In this document: piece by piece, positions 39,411-53,053 of the stretch
Numbering within the stretch: position 1 is the stretch's first letter
Layout of the letters: each line of letters starts with the position of its first letter
Notes under the pieces: model-generated
What the model was told of the DNA's origin: nothing
The model's database searches: none
What the model saw: the letters and a program-made list of their open reading frames with translations, nothing else
Program-made: the position numbers and the translations under genes
NCBI GenBank assembly: GCA_023213395.1
Contig: CM041465.1
Coordinates: 173,421,741-173,485,740 of the forward strand
Direction: 5' to 3'
Length of the DNA: 64,000 nt
Source: Cycas panzhihuaensis
Taxonomy: Eukaryota; Plantae; Cycadophyta

Positions 39411-40819
39411 AACCATCTTTCCACTTGAGTAACACTTGAAGCTAGCGAGATAACTTGGAAACTTCAAAAGCTTTGTCGCTTAAGACCCACCTTCAAACAA
39501 CACCACTAGTCCTGATCTTACAAGAAGATCCAACAACCAATGGGGTGAAGAGAGGTGGAGGACTCTAGCTAATGAGGTGGAGGACCAAGTTAAATCTAGG
39601 ACAAGGCAGGTAGGGTTGATCTGCATGGACGTACCATGCTTTCCCTAGGATTCACATCCCCAATAACACCCTTTTGAACCTCCTTTCCCTCAAGCAACCT
39701 TAATTGTCGTGCACTGACTGTACGGTCGGTTGGTCCCCTAGGGAATGCACCAAGCTTAAGGTTAATTCAGAGGCAAGGTTTGAACATTTTTCGAGCCTCT
39801 CCAACAGATTTTAAGTTCACTTTTAAACAAGTGTAAGTGAATCTTCTTACTTGGATTTTTTTATGCCTTTTGGCTTACAAAGAATGAGCACAAAATGATT
39901 TCAAGTGCTTTAGATCCAAGTGAGGTGCTATGTATGCTTGAGTACAATGAAAAGTACTTTGAGTACTTAAAAAGGATGTAAGGAACCTTTGATGACAAAG
40001 AAAAGAGGGTTCTTTTAAGCTCCAAAATCGATGAAATGATGAAATGTACTCAAGAAATTGCTCCAAAGTCCAACACAAACTCCACAAATTGTTGAGACTT
40101 AAAATGTCTCAACAATCCAACAAGAAAAAAGTGATTTTATTACTTTTCACAATGAGCCTTCCTTTTTGAACTGAAGAAGGTCAAGGTCACCATGCAAGGT
40201 GCCAAAAACTGAAGTTAGGTGGTAATTTTCTTCACCTTTACAATGAAAATATTCCTCTTGATCACAATAATTAAGCCCAATGATGCTTTAATAGCATGAA
40301 AGTGTAAAAAAAGCTTAAAACAGTAAGTACACAAGTACTTTTTGAGAATCAAGAGTGCCAATGTAAAAAAAAACTTTAAGTAGGCCCAGCTATAAAGACT
40401 TAAAGTCTTTTAAAATTTCCCCCCTTAAGAAATTTAAAAAAAAAATCTCTTAAAATCTTTTAAAAGAAATTAATTCACATGAGCATATTGATCAAAATAT
40501 GCTAAAAAAAGGAGATTTGAATTTCATGAGCAAAAGGGCATTTTGTTAGAAAAAATGCTATCAAGTGATTGATCTTCCAATGCTGAGTTGGCAACTGAGA
40601 TGGGTAGCCGACAAATAAGAGTCTTTGAGTTAGCGATGGATCGGCTGATTTAGCGTTTGAGTCTTGGACACCGAGTGTTGGTGGAGTAGAAGCTGACGAT
40701 CAAGCTGCGAGTTGTCACTCAACATCTTTGAGTTGTCGGTGGTAGCAATCTTTGAATTCTTGAGTTGGCGATGTTGATCTTGATTTGGCGATGTTGGGGA
40801 TCGCTTATTTGGCGGTGAG

Positions 40820-41250
40820 TAAACTGCTAAAGTCTTTGAGTATTAATCTTTGAAATGATGAGTGGCAGCCCGCTAAAGTCTTGAGTATTAATCTTTGAAA
40901 TGATGAGTGGCGACTGCTAAAGTCTTGAGTTAGCCTGATCAAGTCTTGAGATGGACAGCCAAGTGAGTGCTGATTTGGCGATCTTGAGTGCTGATTTGGC
41001 GACCTTTTGAGTGCTGATTTGGCGATCTCAATGAGTGGGTTGGCGACTAGAAATGGGCCGAGTTGGCGACTAGAAATGGGGTGAGTTGGCGACCTTGAGT
41101 CTTGATTTGGCGACCGAGTCTTGATTTGGCGACCTTGAGTCTTGATTTGGCGATCTTGAGTCTTGATTTGGCGATGAATGATGTGGCACCGTGATGACGA
41201 TCTTACGAGATGGCGATCTCTTGAGATGGACAACCTGGCGACTTGGCGAT
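40820..41250. repeat. Tandem repeat array in the Copia 5' leader
   Basis: Multiple ~21-bp units gagt(c/g)(t/c)tgatttggcga(c/t)ctt, a ~46-bp duplication ctaaagtc..gagtattaatctttgaaatgatgagtggc, and 2 x ttggcgactagaaatggg. Confidence 0.85.
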
Positions 41251-42310
41251 GAATGATGTCCAACAACAAATGACGAGATAAAAAAATAGTGCTTAAACAG
41301 AGACCTTAAAGCTCGATACTAAATGTGGAAAATGGGCATTAGGCCACATTAATCCCAAGATCATAAGTACAATCACAATACTATAAATGCATGAAAGCAT
41401 AAAGAGCACAAACAGAAATAGGAGCAAGAGAAAATGATACCCAATATGTGGAGTTGGAATTGGTCCAACCTCCCAAGAAAAGCAGTTTGATTAGCAAGCA
41501 TAGCATAACAATCTGACTCCAACTCTCCTTATGAGACAATGAGGAGAGGTCTCATTATATAGAGTGAAATGAGAGACCTAAGGCCTTGGATGTTTGACAA
41601 GTGTCAAACATCCAAGATACATGACTTGTATCAAGTGCAAAAGTGCATGAGGGTCCATTTGACCCTTTAGTGACAACGTTGTGTCACTAGAAAGAATGTG
41701 GGTGTGCACTTTATCACTTAAGTGATAAGTCACCCCTAAAGTGAAAGTGCATATATTACATGAAAAATAAAAGTACATTAGCTTAACATTTAAACATAAG
41801 GTTTAACAGTTTGCACCTTCCAAGATAGGTGAAATGACTGGTCTGCGAAGTGTTTGAGCATACAAGCTTACGGTGAGAATAAGTGAGAATACTCTTATCA
41901 TATGCTACATAAATTTAGATACACATATGGTTACAAGTGTATAAAAAAATGGCCCTCCAAAGAGGGTAGATGCGGGGCATTTCATGCATTGCAGAGATGC
42001 AAGGAAATGATGTTGCCGGGATGTAAAAATGCAGAACGAGCAGCAAACTCTTGTTTGACACACAAATTCTATAGAGATTAGGTCTTGTCATCACAAGCAC
42101 ATTAAGCAAGAAAAATGCCAAGCTCATGAGATCGTCATCAAGAAGTAAGTAGAGAATTATTCATCAGAAAGAGACTAAACGAATCATTCACCGCGAATTC
42201 ATTCCAATGAGAGTACAAGGAATCAAGACACCAAAAAAAAACTTAGGTGTACAACTAACTGCAATTCATTCACAATCAAGCAGGTGGAAATTGAACAACC
42301 CAGACCAGAG

Positions 42311-42374
42311 ATCATATAGGTTAGAATGGCTAAAACTATGTATCATATAGGTTAGAATGGCTAAAACTATGTAT
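42311..42374. repeat. Perfect 31-bp tandem duplication
   Basis: atcatataggttagaatggctaaaactatgt x2. Confidence 0.9.
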
Positions 42375-45300
42375 GACCATACTTAAAGCCTATGGCACGT
42401 ACTTCAAATACTCACACATATATTAACTCTACCTTGGGTTCTCATTGGGGTTTATCTAGAATAGAACTACTTTATCAAATAAGAATTAAAACTTTCCCCA
42501 AACCCAAAACATCATCGTAACATACATTCACAATTCACAAAACATCAAATGCACTATTCATCTCTCAGATAGTTTCGAAAGTCTTCACTTCTATTTCTCA
42601 AAAATGCTTTGGGATCCAAAAGTCCTGTCCTCTACAATTTCTTTCCTTCTACATCTTTCAAGGAAAAAACCATTACAATAAATAGAAAAATAAAACTAAA
42701 GAAAATTATAAAATTATTCTTGCATAGGATATTAGCTTTTGAAGTGCCAACTCAACAGCAAATAATCATTGATGATATCTGCGCTATTCATCAATAATTT
42801 CTACATCTATGATAAATCCCAAGATCTATGAATATAATTTGGCAAGTGGGCAACCACCTCTGAATTAAGGAACTCATTTGACAACTAGTTTTCCTCTGCA
42901 TTATGCATGCATTTGACGAATTGTTTCTTTGCCATATGTTCTTCAATCATTCCTTCCAATTACATTTGATCAAGATTCAATCACCTTATACCATCACGTT
43001 CCCTATTGGCAAGGGTCAAAATCTAACTAAGCCCAATGTCGTGATATGTGAGTGATAGGTTGTCTTTCAAAACACCAACTTGACCTCTATGTTTTCGCTT
43101 ATTTGAAGGTGAGGCACCCTCAACTACAATTTTATCCTTAAGACTGAATATGCTTTTTGAAAGAGATTGAATTGTAATCTCCAACATTTGCCCTTTGAGA
43201 TTCCTTTATCAATTTCGTTGGAGACTAATCAGTCCTAATATCTAGTTCAAAAGCAATACCCATGTCTGTATTTTTGGAATCAACTCTTTTGTAGTGATGC
43301 TCATAGTAGTATCATAAACAATCCAGGCATTCCATTCTTTAAACCACTTTAAATTGAACTGTGTGCATTGCAAGATAACTTCTAGTGCTGCTTCTACTTG
43401 TACTAGACCTGGGTCCCAAAGAGCGTGGTGAGCAATTTCTTTCTGCTACTACAACAAATGTTCATAATTGATCCTGATAGTGTTCATTGCATCCACGACA
43501 AGTGTATCAATGTCAGCTGATAGAATTTCTTCCATCTTCTTGTTCTACAATTCTGTTAACATAATTGCCTTTTGAAGTAAGGATGAAAGCATAGATAAGA
43601 TACAAAAAGCTGTACTCAGTAAAACAATGATGATTGCAGCATCTCTCATATGAATTCATAGCTTCTTTGGGAAGTCAATTACTTCGGGTTCACTAAATTA
43701 TATAGATGATAAAACATCGTGAGGATCATGATGATCCTAATAGCCCTCGTCGCTCACCATAAATATTGATGAGACATTTACCATCTTTGCTTTATGTCAC
43801 TTGCAAACTTCAGATCTCAAATCTCGCAATTCACTTTTTTCTCCTCTTAGAAGGTATCAAACTTTACAATCTCTTCATGAAGCCTCATAAATTCATCCCC
43901 ACGATTTATTTAAGAGGACTTTGTGAGGGACCCCGCAAGTCCAAACATTTGATTTGCAAGGAAATGAACATGGTCTTGCCCACGATTTTTAGCAAGAGGA
44001 ATATATGAGAGATCCTACACATCAGCTTCTCAAGCATGTCTTTTCCCCTTTTTAATTGTTGTTTGAATCACAAAAAAAAGGAAAGGTATAATTTGGTGTG
44101 ATAACAATTCCCAGCAATGCTACCATCGAATGTGCTTAATGAATAAAATATTATGCTTGCCTCATAAGAACAACTCTATTATGCATGCAAGCAATGAATT
44201 TAAACCTAACTCAAAAGCATAATTCCAAGATGCATGCAAAAAAGGATCATGACATTGTTAGTTGAATTTTCATACCTTATTTTTTTAAAGTTACATCAAT
44301 TATGCCTTATTCCTTGAAAAATGGGTTATAATTTAAGTTTTCGTTGCATAACAACTAACTAGTTATTTATGCATTGTTCAAATCTCTAATTACTTCTCTC
44401 ACATATAATCCAATTCTATTCAAGTGTAACATTTCTACCATTTCCAAATATTTATGTCATCGAATATTGTTCCCATTCCGCTTTTGTCTCCATCTGTGTT
44501 ACTCTTACATGGAGGGGTTATTGCATGCAATAGGTTGTGGTCATTGAGAATACAATGACTCCATGTTTAGATAATTATTCATATACTAGTTTTGCTTATG
44601 AAATCCACTTGGCATGCATAGGCAGGTTACCCTTCTTGCCACCAGGCATGTGGTGGTTTATTTCTGCCGAGCGGTGCAGGTCCTAACGTCTAGAAGAGTG
44701 TTGAAAGTGAAGGCTGAAAATCCAATATCATGTCCTTTTGATGTTGCACTTTAACATGGGTGGCTTATATCGCTCCTGTATGAGTTGATGGTAAGTCTGA
44801 TGCTTGAACCATCACTTGTTCAAGTGGAGGTAGAGTCTATCACCCACTTGTGGGACCTTGCGTTAATCATGTTGGACCTTACTTTTGGCTTTAGAACCTG
44901 GTGAGGAGCTCTCAGGCTCAGGCATGTACTTATTGGGGGTGCTTTGCAAAGGCAACTGTCTTCCACTATTTTGTTTGCTCATGTTGTTTGGTAGGCGGAG
45001 GAAAGCACAATTGAGAGCTCATAAGGAGCTATAGTGTTACGTAACCTCCCAAGGTGAACAACGTATGAGTATCTAACTGTGTAGTTAAGGTGGTACAAAC
45101 TAATGTCATTTATCATGGAGTGTGCATGGGCCGCATATCTCCACCAATGGCCGAGCACACTCCATTACCGTAGATTAAAGGCCACATGGTCCTTCAATAG
45201 GATATTAGGGAATAATGGCCACTTTTATCTATTTAAGGCCATGCATTTGTAAAGAAATCCCTTATGTCATAATCTCCTCTTGTAAAATTGTACTCACGTA

Positions 45301-47487
45301 CATCTTCTCTTTTGGTGTCCTTACGCTTTCTTGCGTCCTTTCATATTCTAAATGTAATTTGAGCTATCATAGTAATAAAAAGATCTATTTGTGCTCTCTT
45401 ATCTCCTATTTGCAGTAAAAATTGCTAGTTGGGATTGTAACAAGTGGTATTAGAGCAAGGTTGCAGAAATCCAATAGGAAGATTCAACAATTGCGAAGAA
45501 AGAGAAATTTTTTCCCCCCTCGATGAATTTCCAAACCCTCCCCTACAAAGAATTTTCATTTCTTTTCTGTTCAATTCTACTATTTGCTGCAAGCGAGCAA
45601 TGCATCCCAAGTCAACAAATCTGTGGTGAGCCTTCACCACATGTTAGAGAGGGTTAATATATTGGGAAGTTAAGTAGGATAAGGGTTAAGGAGGTTAAGG
45701 TTAGGAGTATTTAATAATAGTGGCAATGTGGGATTGGGTAGCTTAAAAGGTAGAATGATATAATAATGGGGTGATCCTCTTATAAATACGACACCCCCAT
45801 CTCATGTAATGTTATGTTGATATGTTTATGAATATATTTCTCTTAATGGGTTCACTTCTGTGCTATTTTGGTTCTCATTTGGTGCTCTCCATCTCCACCC
45901 TCCACTCCCCTTGTCTCCATCTCTTGGCATTCTTACTCTTTGCTCTCATATTGTTATGGTAACAGGGGTCATGTGGTATCAGAGCTAGAGTGAGGCCAAT
46001 TTCTTTTTGTTTTCTTTTCCCTCCTATTTGAAAATCCAATCTTGTGAGGGGATTTGTGTAAACCCTAACCCAAATTTGGGTTATTTGTCATTCATTGTAT
46101 ATGTTGGATTTGCCTCGAATTCACTAGCATAATATCCTATTTTGTTTGCAAGTCATCCAAATTTTATTTTCGCCCACCATGGTTTATACTACGCCTGTGC
46201 CCGCATCCATGAAGCCCTTGCATCATATGCGTAATGTGAAAACTTGTTGTCCAAGTCGTCGCCTTTGTTGAAGACACCATCTACATTTCATCATTTCATA
46301 TCCATCCGTTCATGCTAAGAACCCTGAATTTTCCTATCATGAGCATGTGTGTATTGAGCCTCCATGAATGAACGATTTCAGTCCACCTGTCTGCCAAATA
46401 CTTGTGTTCGTTCACTCACCATGGAATTCTAGTCTTTGTTGTCCATTCACATAAGAGTTTGAAACCCTACACCATTGTTTGTGGTGTTTGTGTGGTAGTC
46501 TGTCGCCCAAGCTCCTCCATGCAACTGCCTCGTATGATCTCTGATCTGAAGCATATTTGTGTGTTGTCCCTTTGTTGCCTGCAAGCGTCCATCGTCTATC
46601 TCCATGATCTGTTGAGATCTGCGTAGGCAATAAAGATCTGATCGTCCTCCTGTGCGGGAATCCACCTTTGCATGTAACTTATTTGGGAAGCTCCACCTTT
46701 GTAAATGCTTGTGACTCCCTTCTACACTTGCCCGGGCATCTTCATCACAAGGATTTTCTACATTACCCGAATAGATCTGAGATTCAACAATAAAACACTT
46801 GATATTTATCAAAATTTTATTGAAAAATTCACAGATTTAACCACTGCTTAGCAATAGTTAAAGATCATGCAACTCTTCAATTTTCTATCATAGTATGATT
46901 TTCTTTTACAAAGTCTTTGCCACATTTAAAGAAATTAGAATTTCGATTCAAATCTGTGAAACTCCCTTGGACAAGTAGTCAGTCACATGCAATCCTCAAG
47001 CAACCAGAAGCTAAAGGCCTCACAATTCAATTTTGGATCTTTTTTTGAGGTGTTCGTGCTCTTTTGCTCATAACTTTGCAACCAGGAGCCCCTTTTCATT
47101 TTTGTTAGATCCGTTGGATTCCTTGTTTTGAGGACTTCAATTTAGACTACCATATGGCATATTTTGGGCTTTTCTTTTGGTAGATATTAATGTTTGAAGT
47201 CAAGTCTTATGGCTACATGTCATTTTAGAATGTCATTTTTACAGTTTTTCGCCGTTCAGACTTTGGCTTACATGCCATTGCTCTTGAGGTCATAATATTG
47301 TATTAAGGGGAGCTAACTGGCTATAGACACCCCCTCCATCATGACCACATTCTTAAACTTTGATATTGAGGATGATTCGGTGACATTTTATGATTGGTTG
47401 AGTGCCTTGAAGGTATGCTTTGAATGAGTCTATTGGCGAGAGGATGACAAAATTCGTCAGAGTATTGACTATCTGCGAGATTGACTT

Positions 47488-50400
47488 TATTAGAAATAAT
47501 GTGCATTCCCATTTCATGTACATTTAAGTTCATTTGAGATTTCATTAGAATATTCTCACATAGAATATTCTTGTTGAGAATATGCTTAGTCAATGTCTTT
47601 AATGAAGTGGTTATTAGAGGTCAAAGATACTTGAGTCAATTAATGAGGTTGTTTAAGCCCACCATATTTTATGGGAGCATTTGAGAAGCTGAAACTACCT
47701 CCTATGTTTAGAACCATTGTAAAATTATATATATGTATTGTATCATTCATTTTTACTCAATGAGATTTTGGGAGAGTTAAGTCATATTGGCGTATTGTCA
47801 CTTCTTGTTATTTTGCATGCAGATTATGTTGTATGTGTAGCTCATATCCACTCATTCTGACATGGTGTCAGAGCCAAACAACTGTGTGATACTCTATGTT
47901 TGTGATGTATTGTCTTAAAAATGTCTACTCCCTCTTTTGAGTGATAAGTTAACCCATAATACAGTTGTGAGTATACAAGTCACTGGTCACCTCTGTATGC
48001 ACCATTATCTAGCCAAACGGACCAGAGGAGAGCTGCACGTAGACGGACTAGCCGAAACAGGCCAAACGGAACTTACACTAGCCAAAACAAGCCAGAAGAA
48101 TTCAGACGAACCAAAGGAGAGCCACACGTAGATGGACAGGCTGAGATAGGCTGGACTGGAGATGGACGAGAGTCACCATGGTCGCCACCATGCAACTACC
48201 TTGACACACAATCCGGTAGCCTTCAACCGCCACCTGCTCGATAGTCGAGACGCCATACAGACAAAGCCGCCAATTGGACATCGGACTGCAGTCACTCGTC
48301 AACAAGAAAATAATTGCGATAAAATTTTTTTCAACCTTACATATTTTATTGAGTCTAATGTTTATAATACATTTTTTATTATAAGCCTCCTTCCATAATT
48401 TGAGATTTTAATGTCTTATTAAAGAGATATCTTATTTGATTAAGTATATTCCTTTGTAATATTTCGAGAAATCTCTTTAAAAGATATTTTATTAATGTGA
48501 GGTCATATATTGAGGACCAATTTTGTTATTACATGTAAGAATTGTTCCTCTTGGTGGGTCAGATATTGAGGATTAAAATTGTTATTGTATCCTCTTTAAA
48601 ATATCTCATGGCGTCATTAAAGAATAATTCAAGAGGATTTAATCTAGTATATTCTTTAGAATATACTTTCTTTAATGTTGGCCTTTTTTTTTGTATATTA
48701 ATCCTCTTTAAGAATTGTTCCTAATTGTATCTTGAAGAGTATTCTAAACTACCTTGCGGTTACTGAGTAACATTAAAAACTCATACTTGCGGTAGCATAA
48801 GTACTCTTTCAAATAATCTCTATAGTTACAAAATTATAATGGCTTTTGTGAATATTGTAGGTTATATTTTGTTTGATTCACAAAAGTTAAATGGAAAAAA
48901 TTATGTAACGTGGAAATTCAAAATTTCCAACATTTTAGCCTTACATAGGCTTATTGAGATTGTGGATGGAAAGGATAAAAAGCCTGAACCAGACCCGGTT
49001 GACGAGATCGAAGAAGCAACATGGTATGACAGAAATCAAAGGGCATTAGCCATGATTAATCTATTTGGAGCTAATGAGTTAATCACTCATCTTCAAAGCA
49101 AGATGCTAGCGTCAGATGCATGGAAGACTCTTAGACATCTATTTGAAACAAAAAATGAAACAAGAGTCTTGTACTTTAAAAATTTGCTTTACTCATGTAA
49201 AATATCAAATAATGACTCTTATCACTTCACATTTGCAGAAGTTGAAAGAGATAAAAGAAAAGCTTATGGCAATAGGTGAAGTCATACAACATAAAGAACT
49301 TGTAAGCATTACATTGAATAGCTTGCATGAAGGATTCCATATATTTGTGACAAGCTTATCTCTTACAAGCTGGCTGACATGGGCTTCTATGATCATGGTG
49401 GAAGTAGTTCTATTGTACTTGCATTAGAGTTCAAGAAAAAACCTTCAAATAATGGTCCAAAACAACAACCTCAAGGAAGCAACAACATGCAAAAATAAAA
49501 ACGTAATGTTGTTTGGAAGTATTGCAACAAAAAAGAACATTTAGAGAAGCAATGTTGGAAAAAGAAAACTGACAAGAAGAAGAGTACTCCTGCTTTGTCA
49601 ACGAATGAAGATGACAAAGTATTTGTATTCAACGCTACCAGCCAAAATCTATGTGAATGGTATGTTGATTCTAGAGCTTCTAAACATATCACCTATGACA
49701 AAGATTGGTTTGAAGATTTGAAAGATTATCAGATTCCTCCCATTGTACTTGGAGATAATAGTCAGCTTCAAGTTGCAAGCTGTAACACCATCAGCATTTG
49801 CTAGCCAGATTACGGAACCTTCAAGGTTTCAAATGTGTTACTTGTACCATCCTTCAAGCACAACTTATTGTCTGTCAATTGAATAACTAAGCAAGATATG
49901 AAGGTAGAATTTGATAAGTTGTTTGATGAAGAAAAACAATGTTGTAATTGCTCAAAGTGTTTATGAGAATGGAGTCTGTAAATTCTCTGGCATTTATGAG
50001 CTTGGACTTGTTGCTCAAAATTCTATTGACACTTTATGGCATAACCGATATGGTCATTTGAATTATACTAGTCTTCAACTTATGCATAGATTGAACATGG
50101 TGAATGATTTGCCTTCAATCAAGAAAATTGACAAAGTTTGTGCACTTGGGAAGCAGCACAGGGAACCATTCTAGAAATCAAAATGGCGAGCAAAGGAGAA
50201 GTAAGAGTTGGTACACTTTGACTTATGTGAGCCAATTTCACCATTCTCATATGGAGGAGCACAATACTTCATCACTTTTATTGATGATTTTACAAGAAGA
50301 TGTTAGGTGTGTCTCCTCAAACACAAATCAGATGCTTTTACAAAGTTTAGAGGATTCCAGGCCGAAATTGAGAATCTTTCTAATGAAAGATTAAAATCTT

Positions 50401-53053
50401 GGGGAGTGATAGCGGAGGTGAATATTTATCTAATGAATTCATCAACTTTTATAACATCAATTTACAACAACATATACTCCACAACAAAATGGTGTTGCAG
50501 AACGGAAGAATCATACCATTATTGAAATGACACGATGTATGATGAAGGCAAGAAAAATTCCTAGAGGACATTGGGGAGAAGTTGTTAATACAACTGTGTA
50601 CTTGTTGAATATTAGTCCTACTAAGGTAGTTAGAAATATAACTCCTAAAGAAGCATGGACTAATGTAAAGCCTTCTGCTTTACATCTTTGAATTTTTGGG
50701 TGTATTACATATGTACATGTGCCAGATGAAAGAAGGCACAAACTTGATGACAAGAGTACAAAATGTATTCTTGTAGGGTATAGCATGACATCAAAAGCAT
50801 ATAGGCTTTGGAGTCTCTTTGAGAAGAAGATTGTCCTTAGTAGAGATGTTTTGTTTCAAGAAACTAATGATGATGATCAACTTAATGTACCCATTGAAGA
50901 AGAAGAAAAACATAAAGGAATTGAAATTAGAGAGGGTGAGGAAAGCAAAGAAACTAATCATGGTGAAGCTTCCACTTCGTCTATTCCCCCTTCTACATCT
51001 ATTCCTAGTTCTTCTTAAAAGAAATTGCCAAAATGGTATTGACAAACCATTCAAGATTCGGGAGTTTAAACAAGTAAAACCAATCTTGCTTTAATGACAA
51101 ATATCTTAAGTGTTGATGGGTCACAAACATTCCATGAAGCCAAAGATATGGATCATTGGCAAGTGGCCATGAAGGAAGAGCATGACTCTATCATGAAGAA
51201 TGACACTTGGGATCTTGTCAAGTTACTTCCAAGCAAAAAGGTAATTGGTTATAGGTGGTTGTATCGAGTTAAGTATCAATCTAATGGTGCTATAGAAAGA
51301 TACGAGACTTAACTTGTTGCAAACGACTATGCTCAAATACCCAGAATTGATTATGAGGAGACTTTCGCGCTTGTAGCAAAAATGACCACTATCCGTATGT
51401 TAAATTCTCTTGCAGCTCAATTTGGTTGGGAGCTTCATCAGACGGATGTGAAGAATGCTTTCTTGAATGGCATTCTGGATGAAGAAGTGTATATGAAACA
51501 ACCAGAAGGGTTTGAAAAGATTGGAGGTGAGAAGCTTGTTTGTAGGTTGAAGAAAGCTCTTTATGGGGCTTAAGTAGGCACCAGGGGCATGGTACTCACG
51601 CATTGATGAATACTTCATCTCTTTTGGATTCACAAGATGTGAATAAGATCATAGCTTGTATGTATTACATAAGGATGATAAAATCCTAATTGTAGCTTTG
51701 TATGTGGATGATCTTATTTTGACCGGTTGTAATACCAAAAAGATCAGCATGCTCAAAAAGCAATTGTCAAAAGCTTTTGAAATGACTGATCTTGGTCTTT
51801 ACACTTCTACCTTAGGATGGAAATCTGGTAGAAGAATGATATATCTTTATATCTCAATCAAAATATGCTTATGACTTGTTAAAATGCTTCCATATGGGGA
51901 ACTGTAAATCAATTGCTACACCTGTGGAAGTTGGCCTCAAATTAGTAAAAGAGACTGGTGACAAAACAGTAGATGAAACTCTATATAAACAACTAGTGGG
52001 AAGTCTTATATATTTGACTAACACTAGACCTTATTTGAGTTTTGCTGTTGGAGTTATATCAAGATATATGAGTGCTCCTTCCATAACACATTGGAAAGCA
52101 GGAAAATACATTTTGAGATATGTTTGTGGAATTATTCGGTTTGGACTACTATTTCAAAAATCTTCTAAATTTGTATTACAAGGCTTCACCAACTCAGATT
52201 GGGCAGGAGATGTTGATAAAAGAAGATCTACATTAAGATATGCATTTGCACTTAGTTCTGGTTTGATCTCATGGAGCAATAAATTACAACCAACAGTTTT
52301 TTTATCTTCTACAGAGACTGAATACAAAGCTATAGTTATAGCAACTTGTGAAGCCATTTGGCTTAGAGGACTTCTAAGTCACTTCAAACTTGTTCAAGAT
52401 GGGCCTATTCTATTATTTTGTGATAATCAAGGAACCATCCAACTGCCAAAGAATCTGGTTTTCCACACAAGGAACAAACACGTGAAAATACATCATCATT
52501 TTATTCGAGAGTATGTGGACAATGGTATAGTAGAGTTGATCTATTGTAGCTCAAATGATCAGATTGCAGATATACTCACCAAAGCCTTGAGTCATGAAAG
52601 GTTTGAGAGACTTAGGACATTGATGTTTGTAAGAGAAAATGAACTTAACATGATGGGAGGGTGTTAGAAATTATGTGCATTCCCATCTCATGTACATTTA
52701 AGTTCATTTGAGATTTCATTAGAATATTTTTTCACATAGGATATTCTTAGTGAGAATATTTTTGTTGAGAATATGCTTAGTCAATGTCTTTAATGAAGTG
52801 GTTATTATAAATCAAAGATACTTGAGTCAATTAATGAGGTAGTTTGAGCCCACCATATTTTATGGGAGCGTCCGAGTAGTTGAAACTACCTCTTATGTTT
52901 AGAACCATTGTAAAATTATATATATGTATTGTATCATTCATGTTTACTCAATGAGATTTTAGGAGAGTTAAGTCATATTGGCATATTGTCACTTCTTGTT
53001 ATTTTGCATGTGCATTATGTTGTATGTCTAGCTCATATCCACTCATTTTGATA
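47488..53053 (+). mobile_element. Ty1/Copia element C nested in B
   Basis: LTRs at 47488-47862 and 52662-53053. TSD GACTT at 47483-47487 and 53054-53058. PBS tggtgtcagagcc at 47863-47875 and PPT at 52652-52661. Confidence 0.93.
48839..52667 (+). pseudogene. Copia C gag-pol, decayed
   Basis: KLNGKNYVTWK (gag), WYVDSRASKH (PR), LWHNRYGH, DVKNAFLNG, LYVDDL (RT), and SDWAGD..CDNQ..ADILTKAL (RNase H). Confidence 0.92.

Larger units (their letters stand above)
34768..41808 (-). mobile_element. Young full-length Ty1/Copia element in the RSH1 intron (same orientation as the gene)
   Basis: Nearly identical LTRs at 34768-35256 and 41324-41808. PBS remnant at 41311-41321 and PPT at 35257-35267. Gag-PR-INT-RT-RH order. 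Confidence 0.95.

Noticed and set aside
40950-41250. Repeat array and the 154-aa ORF 40805..41269
   Set aside because: The ORF is a by-product of tandem repeats in the Copia leader. It is neither a CRISPR array nor a gene.
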